DNA of 64,000 nt. It comes from Candidatus Saccharimonadia bacterium. Its GTDB lineage: Bacteria; Patescibacteriota; SICC01. This document shows, piece by piece, positions 26,918-36,238 of the stretch. The stretch spans positions 219,406-283,405 of the forward strand of contig JANWJF010000001.1 of assembly GCA_025449535.1 (NCBI GenBank), read 5' to 3'. The notes beneath the pieces are model-generated. The model saw only the letters and a list, made by a program, of their open reading frames with translations, did no database searches and had not been told where the DNA came from. The translations under genes were made by a program, and so were the position numbers. Each line of letters starts with the position of its first letter. Within the stretch, counting starts at the first letter, position 1.

Positions 26918-27756
26918 CGGACCGGCCGGACACCCGGATCTTCGTGGACGGCGGCGACCCGACCGAGTCGCAGCGGGTGAAGGACGCCCTTGGTTACCTC
27001 GACGGCCAGACGACGAACCCCTCGCTGGTCTCGAAGAACCCGCACATCCGGGAGCGGATCGCGCAGGGCAAGCTCACCTCCGAGGAGTTGCTGGAAGAGT
27101 ACAAGAAGATCGTCCAGGACGTCTCACGACTGACGCCGGACGGCTCGGTCTCCATCGAAGTCTATGCAGACGCGGACACCACCGCCGAGGCGATGCTGGC
27201 CCAGGGGCGGGAGATGTTCGGCTGGATCCCCAACGCGCACATCAAGTTCCCGATCACCGCGGCCGGGTTGGAAGCCGCGGAACGCGCGGTGGCGGACGGG
27301 ATGCGGGTGAACCTCACTCTCTGCTTCTCGCAGGCCCAGGCCGCCGCCGTGTACGCCGCCACCCGGGAGGCAAAGAAGGGTCAGGTGTTCGTCTCGCCGT
27401 TCGTCGGACGACTGGACGACCGCGGCGAGCGCGGCATGGACGTGGCCGCCGACATCATCCGGATGTACGGAGCCGGAGACGGCCACGTGGAAGTGCTCAC
27501 CGCCAGCGTCCGCGGCGTGCCGCACTTCCGGCAAGCGCTCGACCTCGGCACTGACATCATCACCGCGCCCGCCCAGGTGATTCTCGACTGGCATGCTGGG
27601 AAGTCCGAACCGGCGGACGACGGGAAGCTCAAGCCGATCTCTTATCGGGAGCTCGACCTGGACGCGGACTGGCGGAGCTTCGACCTGCACCACGACCTCA
27701 CGGACGCGGGCATCGAGAAGTTCGCCGCCGATTGGAACGCGCTGCTCAAGCAGTGA
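26916..27756 (+). CDS. tal: Transaldolase (TalC/MipB-like, about 280 aa)
   Basis: MTDRPDTRIFVDGGDP...GQTTNPSLV...FVSPFVGRLDD. ATGA overlap with the stop of the upstream gene. The track's 462-aa form is an upstream out-of-context extension. Confidence 0.75.
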
Positions 27757-29274
27757 TCACCCGTCCGAGTGCGCCGTGGCCTGGCCCGCGCCGGGGACCG
27801 GGCAGACGTCGAGGCGGTCGCTCCACCAGCGCCGGCCGTCGCGCTTGAGCAGCTTGTCCGCCACGGCCGGACCCCAGGTGCCGCCGGCGTACGGCCGTGG
27901 CCGGACGGCCTGCCGCTCCCAGTGACGGAGGATCGGATCGACGAACCGCCAGGACGCCTCGATTTCGTCCGCCCGGGTGAAGAGTCCTTGGTTCCCGGCC
28001 AGCGCGTCGAGCAGGAGCCGGTCATAGGCGGACGGAAGCTTACCCGCGAACGCGTCACGGTAACAGAAGCTCATGTCTACCTCCTCCAGTGACTCCTGCG
28101 GCTCGCCGGGGCGCTTGAGGTAGAGCCGAAGGGCGATCCCTTCGTTCGGCTGGACGCGCAGGGTCAGCAAGTTGGCGCCGCCGTCATGGGCACGGACGCG
28201 ATGGCTCGACGGCTTGAACTGGACCGTGATCTCGGCCACCCGCTTCGGCAACCGCTTGCCGGTCCGAAGGTAGAACGGCACGCCCTTCCAGCGCCGGTTC
28301 GGCAGCTCGGCCCGAAGCGCCACGAACGTCTCGGTCCGCGACCGAGCCGCCACGTGCGGCTCCTCGCGATAGGCGGCCGTCCGCTTGCCGAGCAGGTCCT
28401 GTCCGGCGGCGTACTGCCCGGAGACCGTCCGCTCCGCGACCTGACGAGGCGTCGGCGGCTTGAGGCCGCGTAAGGCGGCGACCCGACGGGCCCTGACGTC
28501 CTTCGCCGACCAGGACGCCGGCGGTTCCATCGCGACCTGGGCCAGCAACTGCAGCGCGTGGCTTTGGATGACGTCCCGGAGCGCGCCGGCTTCCTCGTAA
28601 TACCGCCCGCGCGAGCCGACGGCTTCGTCCTCCGCCACCGTGATCTGCACGTGGTCGATATGGTCGCGGTTCCAGACCGGCTCGAACAGGCCGTTCTCGA
28701 ATCGGAAGGCCAGGATGTTCTGGACCGTGTCCTTGCCGAGATAATGGTCCATCCGGAAGATCTGCGATTCGTCGAAGTGGCGGGCGAGGTGCCGGTTGAG
28801 GCGCCGTGCCGAGGCCAGGTCCCGGCCGAACGGCTTCTCCAGGACGATCGCCGGCGTACCCTCGCCGACCCGCCGGTTGAGGCGCGCCTTGGCTAGCCCC
28901 TCGGCCACCGGCTCGAACAGGCTCGGCGGCGTCGCCAGGTAGTAGACCACGCGGCACGGCCGCTTGCCGATCTTCTTCGCGAGCGCCGGACCCCAGTCGT
29001 CGTTAGCGAGATCCGCGGTCACGTGCGCGAACTTCGCCGTCCGCGGCAGATCCGGTCCGGACGCCCCGGCGGCCCACTTCCCGAACGTCGCGTCCGTGTG
29101 CGGGTGCTGCGAGACGCCGACCAGCCGGAACGAGGGGCCGAGCAGGCCGTTCCGGGCCAGATGGCTGAGCGCCGGCAAGAGGTATTTGGCGGACAGGCCG
29201 CCGGTAGCGCCGAACAGGACGAGGACGGTCGGTCCCGTGATTTCGGTATGGGTGTCGGCGGCCGTCTTGGTCAC
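27757..29274 (-). CDS. zwf: Glucose-6-phosphate 1-dehydrogenase
   Basis: GTG start (VTKTAADTHTEITGPTVLVLFGATGGLSAKYLLPAL). Also DHYLGKDTVQNILAFRFENGLFEPVWNR and the G6PD C-terminus. The track's 1066-aa ORF is read-through into antisense of the GT genes. Confidence 0.85.
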   Translation of the reverse strand: MTKTAADTHTEITGPTVLVLFGATGGLSAKYLLPALSHLARNGLLGPSFRLVGVSQHPHTDATFGKWAAGASGPDLPRTAKFAHVTADLANDDWGPALAKKIGKRPCRVVYYLATPPSLFEPVAEGLAKARLNRRVGEGTPAIVLEKPFGRDLASARRLNRHLARHFDESQIFRMDHYLGKDTVQNILAFRFENGLFEPVWNRDHIDHVQITVAEDEAVGSRGRYYEEAGALRDVIQSHALQLLAQVAMEPPASWSAKDVRARRVAALRGLKPPTPRQVAERTVSGQYAAGQDLLGKRTAAYREEPHVAARSRTETFVALRAELPNRRWKGVPFYLRTGKRLPKRVAEITVQFKPSSHRVRAHDGGANLLTLRVQPNEGIALRLYLKRPGEPQESLEEVDMSFCYRDAFAGKLPSAYDRLLLDALAGNQGLFTRADEIEASWRFVDPILRHWERQAVRPRPYAGGTWGPAVADKLLKRDGRRWWSDRLDVCPVPGAGQATAHSDG

Positions 29275-29310
29275 GAATGCAGCATAGCATTGTGATATAG
29301 TCGACCCGCC

Positions 29311-29676
29311 ATGGCCGGTCCGAAGAAAATCCTGCTGATCGAAGACGACTTCCTCCTGTTGGAGATGTACGCGATCACGCTTTCCGGCGAAGGATACGAG
29401 GTCTACAAGGCGTCGGACGGCCGCCAGGGACTCGACCTGATCCAGAAGGAACGGCCCGACCTGATCCTGCTCGACCTCTCGATGCCGAGCATCTCGGGAT
29501 TCCAGGTGTTGGACGACCTTAAGGAATCCGGCGACGACACCCCGGTGATCGTGATCTCGAACACCGACGAGCGCGCCGCGATGGACAAGTGCAAGGAGCT
29601 CGGCGTGAAGGAGTACGTCGTGAAGGCGCGGACGAACCTCGACCAGATCAAGGACATCGTGAAGCGCTATCTCTGA
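29311..29676 (+). CDS. Single-domain response regulator (CheY-like receiver)
   Basis: ILLIEDD...DLILLDLSMP...VIVISN...K. Confidence 0.8.
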   Translation: MAGPKKILLIEDDFLLLEMYAITLSGEGYEVYKASDGRQGLDLIQKERPDLILLDLSMPSISGFQVLDDLKESGDDTPVIVISNTDERAAMDKCKELGVKEYVVKARTNLDQIKDIVKRYL

Positions 29677-29727
29677 CCCGCGGAAGTCCCGAATGAACCC
29701 AACAACCAGCAAAACCGAAAAGAAAAG

Positions 29728-30897
29728 ATGAAGATCCTGCTCGCGACCGAATCCTACTGGCCCAACCTCGACGGCGGGGCCATCTTCGAGCGCAACCTCG
29801 TCCTGGGACTCGGCGACCTCGGCCACGAAGTCCGGGTGGTGGCTCCGTCCCCCGACGGCAAGCCGCGGGTACAACAGGACGGCCGTTCGGAGGTGCACCG
29901 GACTCGGTCGCTCGGCCTCCCCGAACGGTTCGGGACACACGGCGCCAAGGGATCGCTCTTTCCCGGCAAGATCGTCCGCGACCTGGTGGACGGCTTCCGG
30001 CCAGACGTGATCCACGGCCACAACCACTTCTTCATCTGCCTGGCCGCACAGAAGGCGGCCCGGAAGCATGACATCCCCTATGTCGCGACGTACCACAACA
30101 TGCCGGAGAACGCCGTCGACAACCTGGGGCCGCTCAAGTACGTGGTCCCGGATCTGGTCGGGAAGATCTGGAAGTGGGACATGAAGTTCCTGAACCGCGC
30201 CAGCTACGTGACCTCCCCGACCAAGACCGCGATCGAGTACCTGGAGGCGCACGGGCTGGCCGCGCCGCACCGGCCGGTCTCGAACGGGATCAGCATCGAG
30301 AAGCACACCCCCGGACCGAAGCCGAAGGCGCTGGCCCGGAAGTACCGGCTGCCGGACAAGCCGATCGTGCTCTACATGGGCCGGCTGGACGGCGAGAAGC
30401 AGATGGACGTCTGGCTGGACGCCGCTGCCAAGATCCGCGAGGAGATCGACGCCCACTTCCTGATCGGCGGACGCGGCAGCAAGGCCGGAGCGCTGAAGCG
30501 GCAGGCCGCCTCGCTCGGGATCGCCCAGCACGTCACCTTCACCGGGATCGTGCCGGACAAGGACATGGGCGAATTCTACCGGCTCGGCGACGTCTTCGCG
30601 ATCAGTTCCCCGGCGGAACTGCAGAGCCTGGTGACGCTCGAGGCGATGGCCTCGGGTCTCCCGGTGGTGGCAGCCGACGCGATGGCCCTGCCCGAGCTTT
30701 GTCACAGCGGCCGGAACGGCTACCTTTTCCTCACGGGCAGCGCCGACGGGATGACCAAGAGCGTCGTCCGGATCCTCCAGAACCCGGCGATGGCCCGGCA
30801 GATGGGCGCGGAGTCGCGGAAGATCATCGAGAAGCACCACGACGTCCGCGAGATGCCGAAGCATTACGCGGCGGTGTACCAGGAAGCGATCGGGTAG
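29728..30897 (+). CDS. Glycosyltransferase family 4
   Basis: GT4 fold and EX7E-like C-terminal region. Confidence 0.8.
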   Translation: MKILLATESYWPNLDGGAIFERNLVLGLGDLGHEVRVVAPSPDGKPRVQQDGRSEVHRTRSLGLPERFGTHGAKGSLFPGKIVRDLVDGFRPDVIHGHNHFFICLAAQKAARKHDIPYVATYHNMPENAVDNLGPLKYVVPDLVGKIWKWDMKFLNRASYVTSPTKTAIEYLEAHGLAAPHRPVSNGISIEKHTPGPKPKALARKYRLPDKPIVLYMGRLDGEKQMDVWLDAAAKIREEIDAHFLIGGRGSKAGALKRQAASLGIAQHVTFTGIVPDKDMGEFYRLGDVFAISSPAELQSLVTLEAMASGLPVVAADAMALPELCHSGRNGYLFLTGSADGMTKSVVRILQNPAMARQMGAESRKIIEKHHDVREMPKHYAAVYQEAIG

Positions 30898-30901
30898 CGG
30901 C

Positions 30902-32155
30902 ATGAACATCGGCTTCTTCTCCGAGACGTACAAGCCGGACATCAACGGGGTGATCACCTCGATCGAGAGTTTCCGCCAGGAACTCGAGGCGGACGGTCAC
31001 ACGGTCTACGTCTTCGCGCCGGACCAGCGCTTCTTCCAGATGCCCTGGCAGAAGTCGAAGCGCGAGCGCCGGGTGTTTCGGTTCGGTTCGTTCCAATACC
31101 CCGCCTACAAGTCGATCCGGGTGGCGATGCCGCTCAACATCCCGGTGGCACGGAAGATCCCGTCACTGAAGCTGGACGTGGTGCATTCGCACACGCCGTT
31201 CTCGCTCGGGCTGTTCGCCAGCTGGGTAGCCCGGAAGTACGACATCCCCCACGTGCACACGTACCACACGCTGTATCCCGAGTACGCGAAATTCTACTTC
31301 CCCGGCTTCAAGAAGTGGAACCAGAAGGGCGCCGAGAAGCTTTCCGCCCTCTTCTGCAACCAGGCCACGGAGATCATCGCGCCATCCGACGACATCCGGC
31401 GGAAGCTCCGGAGCTACGGGATCCGCCGTCCGGTGACTACGCTGCCGACCGGCGTCGACAAGGAATTCTTCACCGTGAAGGATCCGGACCACGGCATCCG
31501 GAAGCGGTTCGGCATCCCGCAGGCCGCGCCGCTCCTGATCACGGTCGCCCGGCTCGGGCGCGAGAAGAGCATCGACTTCATCCTCCGTTCGTTCGTGAAG
31601 GTCCGGAAACAGCGGCCGGACGCGTATTACCTGATCGTCGGGGACGGCCCCGCCCGGCTCGAGTTGGAGACACTGAGCAAGGAACTCGGCGTCGCCGACC
31701 GCGTGGTCTTCACCGGGTTCCTGGGCAGCCGGACGGACGTCGTGCGGGCGTACGCGAACGCCGACCTCTTCGTCTTTGCCAGCCGCACGGACACCCAATG
31801 CCTGACCATCCTGGAGGCGGCGGCGACCGGCCTGCCGGTGGTGGCGGTCAAGGACAAGCCGCTGGAACTGGCGCTACATCACGGGCGGAACGGGTATGCC
31901 GTGCCGCCGCGAGAGGTCGCGTTCGCGGACAAGGCCGTGGCGCTGCTGGCGGACAAGGCGCGGATGCGACGGTTCGGGGCGGAGAGCCGGAAGATCGCCC
32001 GGGGCCTGTCCGCCAAGCAGCAGGCGAAGAAACTCGTGACGATCTATGAGCGCGCCCGGGCGGAGGAGTTCTCACCCCAGGACCCCAAGCGGCTCAGCGA
32101 GGCGTTCCGGCGCGTCCGGAAAGGCTTCGACCTCCGGTCGCGGATCCGGCGCTGA
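30902..32155 (+). CDS. Glycosyltransferase family 4 (glycolipid-synthase-like)
   Basis: MNIGFFSETYKPDINGV N-terminus with a GT4 C-terminal domain. Confidence 0.8.
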   Translation: MNIGFFSETYKPDINGVITSIESFRQELEADGHTVYVFAPDQRFFQMPWQKSKRERRVFRFGSFQYPAYKSIRVAMPLNIPVARKIPSLKLDVVHSHTPFSLGLFASWVARKYDIPHVHTYHTLYPEYAKFYFPGFKKWNQKGAEKLSALFCNQATEIIAPSDDIRRKLRSYGIRRPVTTLPTGVDKEFFTVKDPDHGIRKRFGIPQAAPLLITVARLGREKSIDFILRSFVKVRKQRPDAYYLIVGDGPARLELETLSKELGVADRVVFTGFLGSRTDVVRAYANADLFVFASRTDTQCLTILEAAATGLPVVAVKDKPLELALHHGRNGYAVPPREVAFADKAVALLADKARMRRFGAESRKIARGLSAKQQAKKLVTIYERARAEEFSPQDPKRLSEAFRRVRKGFDLRSRIRR

Positions 32156-32165
32156 CCGGTTGGTG

Positions 32166-32239
32166 TGGACTCAGTAGGATTCGAACCTACGACCTCCTCA
32201 ACGTCAATGAGGCGCTCTAGCCAACTGAGCTATGAGTCC
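32166..32239 (-). tRNA. tRNA-Val (GAC)
   Basis: Reverse complement GGACTCATAGCTCAGTTGGCTAGAGCGCCTCATTGACGTTGAGG...GGTTCGAATCCTACTGAGTCCA folds as a cloverleaf with anticodon GAC. Confidence 0.85.
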
Positions 32240-32287
32240 GAATGGCAGTAATCATAGTACCTTCTCGTTCGAACACTCGCGAGGAGC

Positions 32288-32875
32288 CTACCGGTCCTCG
32301 AACCCGACGTCGAACATCTCCTCGAACCGCTCCACGGTGGCATTATCCGGGGGGTCGACAAGGTCGCCGTCTTCATGATGGCGAGAATCGTACATGATCG
32401 AGTCCGGATCGGACGAGTGACCCAATCCACGGTTATGCCCTTCCTCGTGAGTGTTCGTCCGCTGCATCTCTTCCGGCGTCAGCCTCGAGTTGAGCCACTT
32501 TTGACAAGTCTTGGTGGAGAATGCCCCGGCAGGCTCGGTATCGGGATCGAAGTCCTGCTGATCCTCGAAGTGGTCGGTGAAGACCACCGTTTCTCCATCG
32601 CAACCCGGTTCGGGAGCACCTACCCGCTCCCAGAAAATCTCCGCTGCCTCCTCAGCTTCCCGATACGCGGCGATCAAGTCCGGACGGACATCGCCCCGAA
32701 ATTCCACCTCCGGAGGATCGACTGCTCCCGGCGGAAGGTCCGATAGCTGCCAGTCCGACGCCGTCAACGGTGCCGCTTCCCGTTCGGGCGACGGCGGTTG
32801 TTGGGCCGGTTCCCCGCCCATGGCGAAGACTGACCAGACGGTCGCGACGGCAGCTCCTATTCGCTCGGCTTTCAT
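32288..32875 (-). CDS. Secreted metzincin-type zinc metalloprotease (matrixin/M10-like)
   Basis: Signal peptide; HEEGHNRGLGHSSDPDSIMY (HExxHxxGxxH plus Met-turn). Confidence 0.65.
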   Translation of the reverse strand: MKAERIGAAVATVWSVFAMGGEPAQQPPSPEREAAPLTASDWQLSDLPPGAVDPPEVEFRGDVRPDLIAAYREAEEAAEIFWERVGAPEPGCDGETVVFTDHFEDQQDFDPDTEPAGAFSTKTCQKWLNSRLTPEEMQRTNTHEEGHNRGLGHSSDPDSIMYDSRHHEDGDLVDPPDNATVERFEEMFDVGFEDR

Positions 32876-32919
32876 AGCCGGACATTATGCTTGTTGACCA
32901 TTAACAAGTCAACCAAGCT

Positions 32920-33327
32920 TCATTTACGTTTCTCAAGATCAAGCGCCGCGGAGTTTACGCAGTATCTTCGCTTGCCAACGTGGCCAGGAAGGTCGTCAAA
33001 GACGTGGCCGAGGTGGCCGCCGCAGCGGCGACAGATGACCTCGGTGCGGACCATGCCGTGCGAGGTGTCGGGACGCAGCTCGACCGCTTCCCTCACCGCC
33101 GGCTCGGTGAAGCTCGGCCAGCCGGTCCCCGAATCGACCTTGGCGTCGGAAGAGAACAACGCGGCGGCGCACGCCACGCAGCGGTACATGCCGTCCGCCT
33201 TTTCGCGTACGTAATCCCCAGTGAACGGCCGTTCGGTCCCGCGTTCGCGCAGGACCCGGTACTGCTCAGGCGTCAGGCGTTTCCGCCAGCCGGCGTCGTC
33301 CTGCGGCAGTTCGGAGGAATCGGTCAT
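32920..33327 (-). CDS. msrB: Peptide methionine (R)-S-oxide reductase
   Basis: RYCVNSAAL, CGGHLGHVFDDG, CxxC pairs. Start set at ATG (MTDSSELPQ), which overlaps the stop of a small upstream ORF (ATGA). Confidence 0.85.
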   Translation of the reverse strand: MTDSSELPQDDAGWRKRLTPEQYRVLRERGTERPFTGDYVREKADGMYRCVACAAALFSSDAKVDSGTGWPSFTEPAVREAVELRPDTSHGMVRTEVICRRCGGHLGHVFDDLPGHVGKRRYCVNSAALDLEKRK

Positions 33328-33443
33328 TCGCAACAAGGGTCATGGTACCCGCAGTTCTGGCAGTCTCCCGTCCAGGCGCCGGACCTGGCGTCCATCTCCT
33401 CTCCGCACTGCGGGCATTCCTGCGTCTGTTCGGTGTAGCTCAC
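33324..33443 (-). CDS. Candidate 39-aa zinc-ribbon peptide translationally coupled to msrB
   Basis: GTG..SYTEQTQECPQCGEEMDARSGAWTGDCQNCGYHDPCCE* with two CxxC pairs. In-frame TAG four codons upstream of the GTG. Not in the ORF track because it has a non-ATG start. Confidence 0.3.
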   Translation of the reverse strand: MSYTEQTQECPQCGEEMDARSGAWTGDCQNCGYHDPCCE

Positions 33444-33512
33444 GCCGCCATTCTACGCCGGCGGCGGCGGGAGCGCTCGGGCTTCCGAGCACGGACGGGT
33501 ATACTGGGAACC

Positions 33513-35303
33513 GTGGCAAAAAAGAACGCACCGAAGCAGGAACCGGCCGACCTGGCGGCGATGCGCCATTCGCTGTCGCACGTGCTGGCAATGGCGGTAC
33601 TCGACATGTTCCCCGAGGCCAAGCTAGGGATCGGGCCGGCCACGGACGACGGCTTCTATTACGACTTCGACCTCCCCCGAACGCTGATTCCGGAGGACCT
33701 GCCGATCCTCGAACAGAAGATGCGGAAGATCGCGAAGCGCGGATTGACGTTCGACGGCAAGGAGGTCGCACCGAAGGAAGCGGTCGATACCCTCAAGGGA
33801 GCCGGCCAGCCGTACAAGGTCGAACTGGCCGAGGAGTTCGCACAGGCGAAGGAGCCGATCACGTTCTACCGTTCCGGCGACTTCACCGACCTCTGCAAGG
33901 GCGGCCACGTGAAGTCCACCAAGGATACCGGTGCGTTCAAGCTGACGCGGATCGCCGGGGCGTACTGGCGCGGCGACGAGACGCGGCCGCAGCTCCAGCG
34001 CGTCTACGGCGTGGCGTTCGCGACGCAGGCCGAGCTCGACGCGTACCTGGAGCGCCAGGAGAAGGCCAAGCAGCGCGACCACCGGAAGCTCGGCAAGGAA
34101 CTCGACCTGTTCACCTTCTCCGAACTGGTCGGGTCGGGGCTGCCCTTGTTCACGCCGCGCGGCACGGTCCTCCGGACGGCCCTCCAGGACTCGCTGCTCG
34201 AGATCAGCAAGAAGTACGGCATGCAGCCGGTGACGATCCCCCACATCGCCAAGCTCGACCTGTACGAGAAGTCGGGACATGCCGAGAAGTTCAGCGCCGA
34301 GCTGCTGAAGGTGCAAAGCAAGTACGGTGAGTTCGTGATGAAGCCGGTCAACTGCCCCCATCACACCCAGATTTACGCCAGCCGGCCACGCTCTTACCGC
34401 GACCTGCCGCTGCGCTACATGGAGTCGACGATGCAGTACCGCGACGAGAAGCCCGGTGAGATCGGCGGCCTGACCCGGGTCCGGGCGATCACCGTCGACG
34501 ACGGCCATGTCTTCTGTCGGGTCGACCAGATCAAGGCCGAGGCAACGAATATCGCCAAGGTCATCGAGGAGTTCTACGGCAACCTCGGCATGTTCGGTGA
34601 CCACTGGGTCTCGCTGTCGGTCCGCGACCCGGGGACGCCGGACGCCTACATCGGCGACGCCAAGGACTGGGATGCCGCCGAGGTCATGCTTCAGGAGCTG
34701 TCCGAAGAGCTGAAGCTGGACGCCAAGCGCATGGAGGGCGAGGCCGCGTTGTACGGGCCAAAGCTCGACTACATGTTCAAGGACGCGCTGGGCAACGAGC
34801 GCCAGCTGGCGACGATCCAAATCGACTTCGCGATGCCGCCGCGGTTCGGCTTGACGTACGTCGGCCAGGACGGCCTGGAGAAGCCGCCGGTGATCATCCA
34901 CCGGGCGATCCTCGGCTCATACGAACGCTTCCTGGCGATCCTGATCGAACATTTCGCGGGCGCGTTCCCGCTCTGGCTGGCCCCGGAACAGGTCCGGGTA
35001 CTCCCGATCAGCGGGAAGCAGGCCGCGTACGCACACTCGGTGGCCGAGGAGCTGCGCGCCGCCGGACTCCGCGTGGAGGTCGACGACGAGGCGGAGACCA
35101 TCGGCAAGAAGATCAGGAACGCCGAGACCATGAAGATCCCGTACATGCTCGTGGTCGGCGACAAGGAGAAGCAGGCCGGTACGGCCGCGGTCCGCAGCTA
35201 TCACCGCGGCGATCTTGGCGCGAAGAAGGCGGCGACCGTCGCCAAGGCGTTGGCCAAGGAAGCCGTCGACCGGTCGCTTCCGGAAAAACCGAAACGGGCG
35301 TGA
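33513..35303 (+). CDS. thrS: Threonyl-tRNA synthetase lacking the N-terminal TGS (N1) domain
   Basis: Begins in the editing domain (RHSLSHVLAMAV..GFYYDFDLP); class II motifs and anticodon-binding domain follow. Start uncertain: GTG at 33513 just after TATACT, or ATG at about 33564. Confidence 0.85.
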   Translation: MAKKNAPKQEPADLAAMRHSLSHVLAMAVLDMFPEAKLGIGPATDDGFYYDFDLPRTLIPEDLPILEQKMRKIAKRGLTFDGKEVAPKEAVDTLKGAGQPYKVELAEEFAQAKEPITFYRSGDFTDLCKGGHVKSTKDTGAFKLTRIAGAYWRGDETRPQLQRVYGVAFATQAELDAYLERQEKAKQRDHRKLGKELDLFTFSELVGSGLPLFTPRGTVLRTALQDSLLEISKKYGMQPVTIPHIAKLDLYEKSGHAEKFSAELLKVQSKYGEFVMKPVNCPHHTQIYASRPRSYRDLPLRYMESTMQYRDEKPGEIGGLTRVRAITVDDGHVFCRVDQIKAEATNIAKVIEEFYGNLGMFGDHWVSLSVRDPGTPDAYIGDAKDWDAAEVMLQELSEELKLDAKRMEGEAALYGPKLDYMFKDALGNERQLATIQIDFAMPPRFGLTYVGQDGLEKPPVIIHRAILGSYERFLAILIEHFAGAFPLWLAPEQVRVLPISGKQAAYAHSVAEELRAAGLRVEVDDEAETIGKKIRNAETMKIPYMLVVGDKEKQAGTAAVRSYHRGDLGAKKAATVAKALAKEAVDRSLPEKPKRA

Positions 35304-36238
35304 CGGACCACCCCCGCCACCGGAAGCCGCCGCTGGTCGTGATCGTCGGCCCGACCGCTTCCGGCAAGACGGCGTTGGCGATCGAATTGGCCGAGGAGTT
35401 CCATGGGGAGATCGTCTCCGCGGACTCGCGGCAGGTGTATCGCGGCATGGACATCGGCACCGCCAAGGCGATGCCGGAGGAACTGACCCGGGCGCCGCAC
35501 CATCTGATCGACATCGCCAAGCCGACCGACCGCCTGACTCTCGCCGAATACAAGGAGCACGCCGACCGGGCGATCCTGCATATCCAGGACCGGGGACTGC
35601 TACCCTTTCTGGTCGGGGGGACGGGGCTGTACGTCCAAGCCGTGGTCGATAACCTCGACATACCCGCAGTGCCGCCGCAGCCGGAGCTCCGCGCGAAGCT
35701 GGAGAAGCTCAGCCTGGAGGCGCTGGGCAAGCGGCTCAAGCAGATCGACCCGACGTCGTACGCCGCGGTCGACCGGAAGAATCCCCGACGGCTGATCCGG
35801 GCGATCGAGGTCGGCGAGACCGAGGGCGTGTCCATCCAACGGCTGAAGCGGTCACGGAAGCCTTTGTTCGACATCCTCATGCTGGGACTCAGGACCGATC
35901 CGAAGACGTTGGAGAAACGCGTCCGCGGCCGCATCGACGACTGGCTGGATCGCGGGCTGCTCGACGAGATCAGCCGTCTCCACGACGACTTCGGCGTGTC
36001 GTGGGACCAGCTCGAGGACTTCGGCCTCCACTACCGTACCTTCGCCGAACATCTCCAGGGGAACCTAGAGTTCGACCGGGCCAAGGAGCTGGCGGTGACG
36101 GAGAATCTCAAGTACGCCAAGCGCCAGCTGACCTGGTTCAAGCGGGACAAGCGGATCCGTTGGATCAACGACGAGGATCATGCCGGCGTATTGGTGTCCG
36201 ACTGGCTGATCGAACGCGCGCAAGGAGTGGGGCGATGA
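35300..36238 (+). CDS. miaA: tRNA dimethylallyltransferase
   Basis: VIVGPTASGKTALAIELA...DSRQVYRGMDIGTAK. Confidence 0.85.
   Translation: MTDHPRHRKPPLVVIVGPTASGKTALAIELAEEFHGEIVSADSRQVYRGMDIGTAKAMPEELTRAPHHLIDIAKPTDRLTLAEYKEHADRAILHIQDRGLLPFLVGGTGLYVQAVVDNLDIPAVPPQPELRAKLEKLSLEALGKRLKQIDPTSYAAVDRKNPRRLIRAIEVGETEGVSIQRLKRSRKPLFDILMLGLRTDPKTLEKRVRGRIDDWLDRGLLDEISRLHDDFGVSWDQLEDFGLHYRTFAEHLQGNLEFDRAKELAVTENLKYAKRQLTWFKRDKRIRWINDEDHAGVLVSDWLIERAQGVGR

Noticed and set aside
26368-27756. 462-aa extended transaldolase, 36001..37587 extended MurT, and 33342..35303 extended ThrRS
   Set aside because: The upstream extensions overlap the preceding genes and are low-complexity. Conserved N-termini and SD/ATGA junctions support the shorter starts given in the features.
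27757-30957. 1066-aa minus-strand ORF in the track
   Set aside because: Only its 3' third (27757..29274) is zwf. The rest is antisense read-through across the response regulator and GT4 genes, and the translation there is Arg/Pro/Gly-rich nonsense.
33624-34901. 425-aa minus-strand ORF and other long antisense ORFs (10309..11097, 11191..12066, 28184..28957, 31163..31798, 37277..38251, 43484..44794, 58337..59980, 60457..61257, 61038..62030)
   Set aside because: Each lies antisense to a well-supported gene in this high-GC DNA, and their translations are Arg/Pro/Ala/Gly-rich without motifs. They are typical shadow ORFs.
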